Source of the DNA: Peribolospora baueri
Lineage: Eukaryota
Reading direction: 5' to 3'
Length of the DNA: 64,000 nucleotides
NCBI GenBank assembly: GCA_029717555.1
Contig: JAMDHS010000019.1
Span: 124,001-188,000, forward strand
This document shows, in pieces, positions 1 through 11,368 of this stretch. The notes below the pieces were generated by a model, which was not told the origin of the DNA, did not search any database, and saw only the letters and a list, made by a program, of their open reading frames with translations. A program made the position numbers and the translations under genes. Numbering within the stretch: position 1 is the stretch's first letter; each line of letters starts with the position of its first letter.

Positions 1-651
1 GCATCTGAGCGTTGTAAGCGGAACAGGAAGAAGAACAGAGCCTCTAACTTCTGCTTCTCTGAATGGCATGAACGGGTTGGGGTCCTTTGCGAGGTACAAA
101 AAGGCTTGACCAGCCTCCAGCTTTAGGCTATTAAACCAGGGAGTACAGGTGAAGAGGTCATGGCAAAGGGCAAGATCGTCAAGTGCACCCAATGACGATA
201 GAAAACGAGGTGATGGAGACCTGCCTTTGTTCCGAGCGCCCGAACGTCCTCAGACGTCCACCGGCGGAAGGAACGGACGGCCAGTCTCTTCGTGGAGTGG
301 CTCGGATCGAACTGACAAATGCCAGGTAGCCCAGGCGGAATATAGCTGAATCTGTTTGATATAAACCTGTAGAACGTCAGTTCGATTGTGCTTCTGCGAA
401 GGCTCTTTGCGACAAGCGGGAAGAGTTGCAATGTCAGCCGAAAAAGAGGCTCGCCCCATTGCGTCAGTCGCCGCGAAACATGTGGACGTTTCGAGATGCC
501 CTGCCTGCACGTAAAATATGTGCATGCGTGGAATCAGACAGATGCGTAGAAGCTTGCGCGAACGGCGAGCCGTTTGGAGCGCGGAGTTGCGTGTCTGATG
601 GAGCTGGAAAGAGTGGCGAGCGTTCGGATCGGGAAGGCGCTCTCACCATTT

Positions 652-742
652 CCACGTCCACGTCGTCCATCCGGCCGACTCGATCGGATCGACCCGGCGA
701 AGTGCGGACGAAACGGAGCGGAGTCCCTTCTGGAAACGTGGC
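652..742 (+). promoter_or_regulatory. candidate UPR/heat-shock elements upstream of KAR2
   Basis: Tandem CCACGTC at 652-664, nTTCnnGAAn at 728-735 and ACGTGGC at 736-742, all upstream of a known UPR/heat-shock target gene. Confidence 0.4.
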
Positions 743-1176
743 ACCCTGCTGGCAAGCTGCGGCAAACGGGGAAGCGTGAGCTGGCACGGAGAGGGATCTT
801 CCTGGAGCTTTAAGCAGAGCCAGCGAAGCGCACCGTTGTTTCCTGCTTACCACCACCACCCCCCATCTTTCTTTCGTCTTCTTCGCCTTCTCCTGTGGCG
901 TTGTCGACCACTTTCTCGTTTTCCTTCTTGCCACCCTTGGACGAACGAGCATACGCACCCGGAGCACGCCGTCCTTGTCTTCCTCCTATTCGCTACGACA
1001 AGCGCGAGAGTGTCTAGTGAGTGGGTGGCGACCATCTCCAGCGTCTCCGTCTCTTGACATGAGAAGTTGATGTGGAGCTTTCGCATGGCGCTGGCAGGTT
1101 TGCTGACGTTGCACTCCTGACCGCCTTCTACCGGATACAGCCGTCGTTGACGCCCAACCCGCACTACAACCCCATA

Positions 1177-3687
1177 ATGGCGTACACCGCTAGGCCCAAG
1201 GTGGCCAAGCGACCGGCGGCCTCCAGGCCTCGGTCCTTCCTCTCCATCCTCGGTGTCTGCGCCCTCCTCCTTCTTGCCCTCCTCTCCATGGGCATGATTG
1301 GTGGCGCCGTCAAAGCTCAGGACGACAAGGAGAGCGTTGGCACTGTGAGTTTTCGTCTCTTCATCGCCCGGCGCGTTGGCCACCCTGCGCATCGATTCGT
1401 GGATGGCTGATCATTATCGACCCATTTTTGATTTGCTCTGCTTGTCGTGGCAATAACAGGTTATTGGTATCGACTTGTGAGCATATATATCATCCCTCTC
1501 TTCTCTCCTGAACCTCGTCGTGCTGACGCTCTCTCTCTTTTCCCTTTTCCCAGGGGAACCACCTACTCTTGCGTTGGTGTTCAGCGCCAGGGACGTGTAG
1601 ACATCATCGCCAACGATCAGGGTAACCGTATCACTCCTTCCTACGTCGCCTTCACCGATGAGGAGCGCCTCATCGGTGACGCCGCCAAGAACCAGGCAGC
1701 ACAGAACCCGGAGAACACCGTCTTCGACGCCAAGCGACTCATCGGTCGCAAGACGAATGAGAAGGAGGTCCAGGCTGACCTGAAGCACTACCCCTTCAAG
1801 GTGAGCTACTTATATCTGCGCGGTTTTCCTTACGTGGAGAAGAGTGGTCGCTGATCATTTCCTGGTAACGTTCGCATTTTCGCAGATCGTCGACCAGAAG
1901 GGCAAGCCCGGAATCGAGATTGAGTACAAGGGCGAGAAGCGCCAGTTCTCTCCGGAAGAGGTCAGCGCCATGGTGCTCAGCAAGATGAAGGAGACTGCCG
2001 AGGCCTACCTGGGCAAGAAGGTCACTCATGCCGTCGTCACTGTCCCGGCCTACTTGTGAGTTTAATTTCTCCCCTCCCTCCCCCACGTCCCAATCGAATT
2101 TTTGTAGTCATGGTCAGGCGCTGATATTTCCCCTCCCTCGTTGTGCGCCCATAGCAACGACGCTCAGCGTCAGGCCACCAAGGACGCTGGTACCATCGCC
2201 GGCCTTAACGTCCTCCGTATTGTCAACGAGCCCACGGCCGCGGCTATCGCTTACGGTCTTGACAAGAAGGGCGAGGCCCAGGTTATTGTCTACGACCTTG
2301 GTGGTGGTACCTTCGACGTGTCGCTCCTCTCCATCGAGGACGGCGTCTTCGAGGTTTTGGCCACCGCCGGTGACACCCACCTCGGTGGTGAGGACTTCGA
2401 CAATCGTGTGATGGACTACCTCGTCAAGCAGTGGAAGAAGAAGACCGGCATCGACCCGGCGGGCAACAAGCGTGCCATGGGCAAGCTCAAGCGCGAGGTG
2501 GAGAAGGCCAAGCGCACTCTTTCAAGCCAGATGAGCACTCGCATCGAGATTGAAGCTTTCCACGATGGCCAGGATCTCAGCGAGCCCCTGACCCGTGCCA
2601 AGTTCGAGGAGCTCAACATGGATCTCTTCCGCAAGACTATGAAGCCCGTCGAGCAGGTGCTCAAGGACGCCGGCGTGAAGAAGGAGGACGTCGACGACAT
2701 TGTCCTCGTCGGCGGTTCTACCCGTATTCCCAAGGTTCAGCAGCTTCTCAAGGAGTACTTCAACGGAAAGGAGCTCGCCAAGGGCATCAACCCCGACGAG
2801 GCTGTCGCGTACGGTGCCGCCGTCCAGGGTGGTGTCCTTTCCGGCGAGAAAGACCTCAACGATGTCGTCCTCGTCGACGTCTGCCCGCTTACTCTCGGCA
2901 TCGAGACCACGGGAGGTGTGATGACCAAGCTCATCCCGAGGAACACTGTCGTTCCGACTAAGAAGGGCCAGATCTTCTCCACCGCGTCGGACAACCAGCC
3001 CACCGTGCTCATCCAGGTCTACGAGGGAGAGCGTGCTATGACTCGTGACAACAACCTTCTCGGCAAGTTCGAGCTCACCAACATCCCGCCGGCGCCCCGA
3101 GGAGTGCCTCAGATCGAGGTCACCTTCGAGGTGGTGAGTGCCAGAGATCACCTTGGTGGCGTGTTTGAACGTGCGATGCTGACTTGCTTCCTCCATCTCT
3201 CCGTCTCGACTACGTTTCACAGGACGCCAACGGTATCATGAAGGTCGCCGCCTCTGACAAGGGCACCGGTAAGACGGAGCAGATCACGATCAACAACGAC
3301 AAGGGCCGTCTGAGCAAGGAGGAGATCGACCGCATGGTCCAGGATGCGGAGGAGTTCGCCGAGCAGGACGAGGCTCAGCGCAAGCGCGTTGAGGGGCTCA
3401 ACCAGCTCCAGAACTTCGTCGCCTCGCTCAAGAGCCAGGTTGCGGACACCTCCGACTCGGGACTGGGCTCCAAGCTCGACAAGGACGACAAGAAGACGAT
3501 CAACGACGCCGTCCGCGACACGGAGCAGTGGATCGAGGAGCACGCCAGCTCGGCCCAGGCGGACGACTTCGAGGAGAAGATGTCTGAGATCCAGGCTATC
3601 GTCTCACCCATCACCAGCAAACTCTACTCGAGCGGCGCTGGTGGCGCGGGCTCCGACGAGCCGCTCCACGGCCACGACGAGCTGTAG
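1177..3687 (+). CDS. KAR2: ER Hsp70 chaperone BiP (multi-exon)
   Basis: N-terminal signal peptide. Spliced VIGIDLGTTYSC (17-nt exon 1460-1476), then [38 protein letters not shown] and a C-terminal HDEL-stop. Confidence 0.97.
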
Positions 3688-4119
3688 AGCATTTCCTTCG
3701 TCTCCCGCCTCCACGCTCTTCCCCTCCTCCCCTTCTTTCGCCTTATCGCCTCTCCTTCCCCCATCCGCCATCCCCTCTTCCCCTCTCCCGGCTCTGTAGG
3801 CGTACTTGATTGATCCAAGTAGAAAAAAATGGGTTGTGTGCAAAATGCGTGGTTCCTCGATTGATACGTCTCTGGTGTTCAACCTATGTATGAGCGGTTG
3901 GCCAACTTGTGAATAAGGGCTTCCTCATGCGTTGTGTTTCCGGTTCATCGCGCCGATCCAAGCGATCGGTCACGCGAGCGAAGGAATGGAGGTGAAGGCC
4001 GGGCGAGGACCCGCATCGAACTTGGTTCTCATCCATCACCTCGATCCACCCTGGTTCATGACGTTCGGCTCCTCATAGTTTTATGTGCAAGCGGGAAGGG
4101 CTCGTCCTAGCCGTCCATC

Positions 4120-7100
4120 ATGGGTGTCAAAGGGCTGTGGCAGCTCGTGCAGCCGGTGGCGAGGCCGATCAAGTGAGTGAGGTGGTTCCTTCCCCGACGA
4201 TATGACTTCTGCTCCGCTCGCCTCGGGCGCAGGGAGGCGCCTCCATCCCCACCCCCTGCTCGTACTGAGCACACCAGCCGATGGCCATTTGGCTCATTTC
4301 TGCGCAGACTCGAAACGCTTGAGGGCAAGCGGCTCGCCATCGACTCCTCCCTCTGGCTCTACCACTTTCAGATGGCCATGCGCGACAAGGAAGGCCGCAC
4401 GCTCTCCAATGCCCACATCCTCGGCTTCCTCTGGCGCATCCTCAAGCTCTTGTTTTATGGCATTCGTCCCGTGTTTGTGTTTGATGGCAAGGCACCTGTG
4501 CTGAAGAGGAGGACTCTGGTAGGCTTTCTTTGCCTCTCTCTGTCTGGCGGGCGACCGTCATCATGGGACGTTCGGATTCGTGAATGTGCTCGGAGATCAC
4601 CTTGAATGCGTTGACACTAATCATGTTCCCACCGCCTTCTTTGTGCTGCTCTTTGCCGGCTCTTCTCAGGTCCAAAGAAAACAACGCAAAGAGGGTGCAC
4701 TGGAGAGTCACGCCAAGACGGCAGAGAAGTTGCTCGCGGCGCAGTTGAGGCAGGCCGCTTTGAGACAGGAAGCTATGTGAGTGACTTGTCGTTTTTTATG
4801 AAGTTCCCTTCCTGACTCAAGGCGATGCTGAGTTTTGCTACGTCGCACTGCCTCATGACAGCCGTCGCGGTCGAGGGCCGGAAGAGGAGGTCATCGACGA
4901 GTCGACGGTGTTCCTCTCCGACCTCCAGGATCCCAATCATCTACGTCGGCCACCCAGTCAAACTCCATCTGCTCCTGGATCTGTCCAGCCATCACCTAGC
5001 AAGCCTGAAAAGAAGAAGGACAGGCACAAGGACCCTTACTATCTCCCCGAGATGGAAGGTGGTATAACGGCCACGGCCGAAGGTGCCACTGATTTGCGTT
5101 CTGGAAAGAGGCGGCCCGATCCCCGACTGGCGACCGAGGCCGAGCTTCGCGTGTTCATCGACGAGATGCGACCAGAGGATTTCGATATCGACTCGGACAT
5201 CTTTCGCTCTTTGCCCACCGAGGTGCAATATGAGGTGATAGGCGACCTGCGCCTCAAGAGCAGGCAGACGAGCTGGAAGCGTCTGCAGAGCATGCTCGCT
5301 GCCGCTCCCACCGCACTTGACTTTTCCAAGGCCCAGATCAGGAATCTCAAGCAGCGCAATGACCTCACGCACAAGTTGCTCACCGTCACAGATATGGTCG
5401 GAAAGGCCAACGTGCACATTCCAGTGAGGATCGCCGGAGAGAGGAACAAGGAGTACGTGCTGGTTAGAGGTAAGGGCGACGAAGGCGGGTGGGTGCTAGG
5501 CGTCAGAGACGAAGGGACGAAAGAAAAGCCCGTCAAAGTGGACACGGAGAGCGAGAGTGAAGGGTCCGAAGAGAGTGAGTGGGAGGAGATGGACGAAGTC
5601 CCCATTCCGACAGCGTGAGTGTTCCGTGCTCTGGAATTCAATTATTTGGAGTTTGACGCTCCCCTCATAGCCGTGTCTTGGTCGCCGTATTATCACTGAT
5701 CCACATCATCCACATCAGCCCGCGCCCGCCTTCACCCGATCCTGCCGCTCGGCGCCGTCTGGCTCTCGATGTTATCGCTGCCCGTTACGGGGTCAAGGAA
5801 GCTCCCGAGCCATCGCTGCCAGTTCCAGAGCACGCTCGAAGACCTGGTGAAGAACCGCTGTTTGTCCCAAAGCGTCCCAAAGGCAAGGAGGTCGCCAAGG
5901 ACAGGGAGGCGGGTAAGGAGACGCCCGTGCCGCAACAGCAAACTCAATGGGAGAAAGACGAGGCGGCTGACCTCGCTCATGCTATCGCGCTGTCGCGTGG
6001 CGAGGCCGGCCTTGCGACAGCAGGCGACGATGGTAACAATGACTTTCAACTCGACGATGGCTTCGAAGACGAACTCCATGAGCTCGGCGGCGATCAGTCG
6101 CTTGATGCGGCTGCGGGTCCTGCGCAGCGTTTGCCAGTCGACGGGGCTGTTGACGAAGCCGAGCTGGACGCCCGGTTGGCTTGCCTGTTCAAGAAGGTTG
6201 CTAGTGGGAAGGGCAAGGCTCAGAGTGGGATCTCGAATGGCTTCGGGCTCGGTGACGAAGGGAAGGAGACCGATCAACCGTCCATCTTGGACGATTCCTT
6301 GGAGAGCGATCTCGAGTACGTCGAGATTGCGTCGACACCACCAAGAATGACCGTTCAGCCACCCCATGCGGAGCAGTCGTCAGGACCTTCCGGTCGGCCA
6401 AAGCCCATGAGCGAGATGATCCGAGCTAAGGAGGCAGAGTCGCCGGCATTGAGGGCCAAGCGGCTTCGTCAGGAGCGTGATCGACTGGAGGCTGAGGAGA
6501 AACGGGATTCTTTTACCGTTGCGAAGGACGATAGGAGTGGGCGGCTTTCGGACGGCGATCAACCAGAGGCAACGGTCATTACGGATGCCCAGGGGCTGCG
6601 CCAAGACCGGGTCGTATCCGAGGCGGAAGCGGCTCAAGACGAGCCAACTCTGCGTACGAAGCGACTGCGTCTCGAGGAGGATAAAGTGGCGGCGCAAACC
6701 TTGCGAGAAAATTTGCCATCGAATACCGAGTTCAAGGCGCCTGTACACAACAGAGACTGGCCGCTCGTCGACGAGCCACGCCCCGTCGATTTGAAGGGGA
6801 GGGAAGTTTCGGAGAAGACCGTCCTCTCAGACAAGGATGAAGACTTCGAGATGTTGGAAGTGGACTCGTCTGAGCCGATGGTCAAAAACGACTCGATGGG
6901 TGATGTTCGAGCGACTCCCTCGGCCGGAGCAGAAGATACGGAACCGATGGTGCCGTCATCGCCTCCACTTTCCTATCAGCCAGTGTCGCCTGGCCGAGCG
7001 CTAAACCCGGAAATGAAGCAAGACCCACGGCCGGAGCCAGAGGTTGGGACTAATTTGCCTCGGATGGCGCCCGCACACGTTGCAGACGATCTTGCCGTCC

Positions 7101-9452
7101 CTGCTCAGGATGCCATCACTGGCGCTGCTCGTGGTAAGGAGGCAGACAAGTTGGCAGCTACCAACGAGGCGCATGTTGGCGTCGGCGACGAGTTACAGTT
7201 GTCGGCGCGTCGTGAGCATTCTCTGACCCCGACGCGCCGAAGCACAGATGGAAGCGGGTCTCCAATTCAATGGCCGCCTTCTCCATCCCCCGATGCTCAT
7301 CCTTCCGTGGGGCCCGACGGTTTTCCCCTTCCCACTGCCGAGGAAATAGAGGCTTGGGACGAGGAGGAGGCTCAAGAGGTCGGAGAAGAGATGGAGGATG
7401 AGCGGGACGAGATGGCCGCGTTCTTGAGCAAGGTACGGAACCGCGACTTGGATGAGGTGCAAATGGAGCTGGAGGACGAAGTGAGGGTGCTGAAGCAGCA
7501 GCATGCGACTGGTCGGAGGGCCGAGGAGAATCCGACTGAACAAATGGCGAGAGAGATCCAGGTAAGGCGCTTCTCCGTCACACTCTGACCTAGCTCTGGA
7601 AAAGAGGGATTTCTTATTTCTGACTGCCACGACGACCACCACACGGGTCCATAGATGATGCTCCGACTCTTCGGCCTTCCATACATGACAGCGCCTCAAG
7701 AAGCCGAGGCCCAATGCGCCGAGCTCGTCTCGCGAAGATTGGTCGACGGCATTATCACCGACGACTCGGACGTCTTCCTCTTTGGCGGTACGCGGATCTA
7801 CAAGAACATGTTCAACCAGAACAAGATTGTCGAGTGCTTCTTGCTCTCCGACCTGGACCGCGAGCTCGGTCTCGATAGAGAGAAGCTTGTCAGGTTGGCG
7901 TACTTGCTCGGTAGCGACTACGTCGACGGTCTCCCTGGAGTCGGACCAGTACTGGCCATGGAGCTCATGGGAGCATTCTCAGGCGAGGACGGGCTCCTAA
8001 AGTTCAAGGATTGGTGGATGAAAGTCCAGATGGGACGAGATACGATAGATGAGAGCGGAAGCAAGTCCAGACGGCGCATCGTAAGTTTGGAGGTTTAGTA
8101 CACATACCGGGAGTCAAGGTTGTCTTGGGCCACTTACAAATTTTGTGGTTGTGTATCTGTGCGCGTCTGCAGAAAAAGGCTCTACGCAACAAAGTGCACT
8201 TGTCAGAAGATTGGCCGAATCCTGCAGTGGTTAGTTCGCTCTTCTGCGAGTATTCCCCCTTCAACTTCTACAAACGTTCGAACTGATAATTGTATGCGGA
8301 TGAACAGCTCGATGCCTACTACAGCCCGACGGTCGACGAGTCCGACGAGCCTTTCCAGTGGGGCTTTCCAGACCTGGATTCGTTGCGACAGTGAGTAAGA
8401 CCGACGCGAATGACCGTTCGGCACGTCTTCTGACTGCTGCCGCTTCTGATCACCTCGTTCTCTCCAGCTTCCTGATGGAATACCTGCGATGGTCAATCAC
8501 CAAGACAGACCAGTACCTTCTCCCAGTGATGAAGCGCATGGGCGAGAGGGGCAAAGCAGCCCGCGTGCAGTCCACTTTGGATCGGAACGGATTTTTCGAC
8601 ACGACAGCAGGCACGGGGGTCTACGCTGGCCGCAAGCGGACCACATACGCCTCTAATCGACTGCAGGAGGTAGTTGAGTCGTTCCGCCATGCCCGACAGG
8701 GCCGATTAACTGCCCCTTCTCCCACTCCAGGTGCTCAATCATCATCCAAGGGCGGTCAAGGAGGTCAAGTCAAGAGCAAAGGCAAGGCAAGGGGCAAAAA
8801 CAAGAGCAAAGGCAAGGGCAAGGGTAAAGGTGAACACACCGCGGTGGAGGCCATCTTTTCGGACGGGCAGGAGGAAGATGATGGTATCACCGAGGTCGTC
8901 GGCCTGGGAAGGCATGCGGTGCCGGAGGAGCTCATTGGGAAGGAGATGGCTAAGAAGTCCAGGCCCATCGTGCGGAGAAGAGAAGGAGAGGAGGGGCAGC
9001 GGCCTGCTGATTTGGCCTCCGCCGGTGATACCGCTCAAGGGGAGTTTGGGCAGTCTGGTATGGAGGATAACGGCCGAGCGCAGCGCATGGATTTGGTTGG
9101 AGAAAGCGCCACCGAACAAGATGATGGACGAGGAAGAGGTCAAGGACGTGGCGGAGCTCGTGCTGGTTCCCGTGGGCGAGGGCGAGGTGCAGCGGCTGGG
9201 AAAACGGCAAGAAGCGACAAGAAACGTCGAGGAGAGCGCCAGGGCGATTCTACTGGCTCGGACGCAGAGGGAATCGATGATGGGGAGTCCGGCCAACTTG
9301 AATCTGACGCCGAGGCCGAAGACGAGGACGCGGACGAATACGTGCCTCGCCCAAAACGACCACGCAGGCCTACGACAAGAACCGGCGCCAGCCAGGCGGG
9401 CTTGAGACCCCGGCCGAAGCCAAATGCCAGAGAGCAAGCCAGGCGACGGTGA
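4120..9452 (+). CDS. RAD2: XPG/Rad2 structure-specific NER endonuclease (multi-exon)
   Basis: XPG-N: MGVKGLWQ..LEGKRLAIDSSLW..PVFVFDG. XPG-I: APQEAEAQCA, GIITDDSDVFLFG, LLGSDY..GVGPV. Long acidic spacer and basic C-terminal tail. Confidence 0.95.
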
Positions 9453-9697
9453 CGACAACGGCTGCCGAGCACTTGGAAAGTTCCTATCTATTGTTAGACG
9501 GAAGTAGCGCACTCAACTGCTTTGTTATTGCTGTGTATCACTACTGTCCCGTACCCCCGCGCAAGGTGCGCATGGAACTGTAGCATCGATGCGACCCGAG
9601 CCGTGCGCCCAAAGAGAATCTCACGCAGCGAGGCAGGTCATTCCTTTCTACGGACGGAGTACACTGCTGACTAACTAGCGATGCAGCCAATCTACAA

Positions 9698-10650
9698 CTA
9701 CTCTTCCTCCTCCTGGCCATCAAAAGCGCCGTCCGCGGGGGCCTTTGGAAAGAGTGGAGCCAGGTAGCGGTCGAAGCAAGTCCGTCAGTACATCGGAATG
9801 GCCTAATGCAGATGTCCGCGAAGTCGAATCCGAAAATAACTCACAGCGATTTCCTTGTTGCCAAGCTCAACGGCGAGGCCCTCGCGCGGGTAGGTGCGAG
9901 GAAGAGCGCGCCTCTCGGGCTTGGAGAGATAGATGCCGTATGCGAAGAGACTCATGCAGCCAGCGGCGGTGAGGAACTGGAAGAAGGCCTTGTTGGCAGG
10001 CATCTTGTGCACGTCCGGGGCCCATACGGAGAGGGCATCATCTTGTTCGTGAAGCTGATAGAAATAAGCGGGCAAACGATTGAGGGAGAATGAGAGGGAA
10101 AGGGAGGAAGCGGGCGGGTCAGCGGAGGGCTAAAAGGAGGGAAACGGTGGGTGCGCGGACGGGTGGACAGGTAATCGGGGAGGAGCCGTATCGAGAAAAG
10201 ATGGGATCGCAGGGGGCCAAAGTCTCCTGATCAGGCCAGTTCCATCCATAGATCCTTCTCGTCACTCTCTGTGATGCTATCTCCACCCAGCGTCCCCCGG
10301 CCTTGACTTCGCGCCTTAGTCACTCGTGCACGGCTCGCAGGTGTCGCTTCTCCAACCACAGCTCTCCTACCAAAGAAGAAACAAAAGAATAGACGCTAAA
10401 GTGTACGCACTGTCTCTCCATAGTTCCTCTTGTCCTGTTGGTCCCACCATCGCTTGCTGTCGGGCCTCTTTTGGGTCGACACGTGCGGCAAGTCTGGGTA
10501 GTCGCCAAGTTGGGGATCCTTCTCTTTGCTAGCGAAAGCAGAGGAGGAAAGAAGGCGAGAGGAAGATGGAGAGGTGGAGGTGACGGCCGCTGTCGCCGTG
10601 CGCGCGAGGGCGGCGCGGAGAGGGGCAGTCGTGGTGCGGAGGGCTGCCAT
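9698..10650 (-). CDS. NDUFB8: NADH:ubiquinone oxidoreductase accessory subunit NDUFB8 (ASHI/NIAM-type), 3 exons
   Basis: Mitochondrial presequence, then DPQLGDYP, WWDQQDKRNYGET|LHEQDDALSVWAPD, a single TM segment and PRTYPREGLAVELG. The last exon reads APADGAFDGQEEEE-stop at 9742-9698. Confidence 0.88.
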
Positions 10651-11368
10651 TTGGGGGGATGCTGGTGATGATATCCTGAGCGTCGAGGTTGTCGGCGGGT
10701 GGTGGAAGATCGCGGGTCGGCGGGAGTGCCGCAGTCGGCGTGGGCGTGTATACTAACTATCAGCACGTGCGACACAAAGTCGGTATCCGTATACTTGAGG
10801 TGCGCACTCCTTTACCTGGCGAGGGCTCGCGGCGAGGGCCGGGAACGGCACTCGAAGAGAAATCTGACCACGTAGCTACTATCGTCTCACCACTGAGAGA
10901 GGAGAGAGTAACGAGCAGCTTCCAGAAGATCTGGGTGTGACTGCAAATGATTCACCCACCGCCTCTATCTCCGGCCTCCTCTCCTCGGCGCTTGGAGTAG
11001 ACGGACGTCGATCGGTGGCCAACTGTGGCTCGTAACGGTAAGTCTGGAGGACGGTCGGCCCATTGCCCTGACCGTCGGCCTGACCGGAGAGCTCCTGCGT
11101 CTCGAGTAAAGACATTTCCGACGCCCAAGGCAAGCAGGCAGGCAGTTTTTGGGATTTCCGACGGACGCTCCTGAAAAGGGCCGTCCAGCGACGTTCGGCT
11201 CTAATCGGTCTTGGAATAAATGGATCATCCGGATTGCGGCCGCGACGATAAGAGCGTTGCCTCTCGACCCCGCCATAAGGTCATCCTTTCCCCCCTTTCC
11301 CCATTCCTTCACAACGACTTGGGAAAGTCGTCTATTCGTTGCGCAGCAAACTACTCCCTGTTGACGCC

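Noticed and set aside
1..431. Minus-strand ORF pieces that might be the start of a gene divergent from KAR2
   Set aside because: Plausible splice sites, but no recognisable domain or start, and the region is cut by the window edge.
2522..3220. Long antisense ORF opposite KAR2
   Set aside because: Antisense ORFs opposite Hsp70 genes are a known consequence of codon bias.
10879..11133. 84-aa minus-strand ORF between NDUFB8 and CPS1
   Set aside because: Non-ATG start, no homology cue and located in a divergent promoter.
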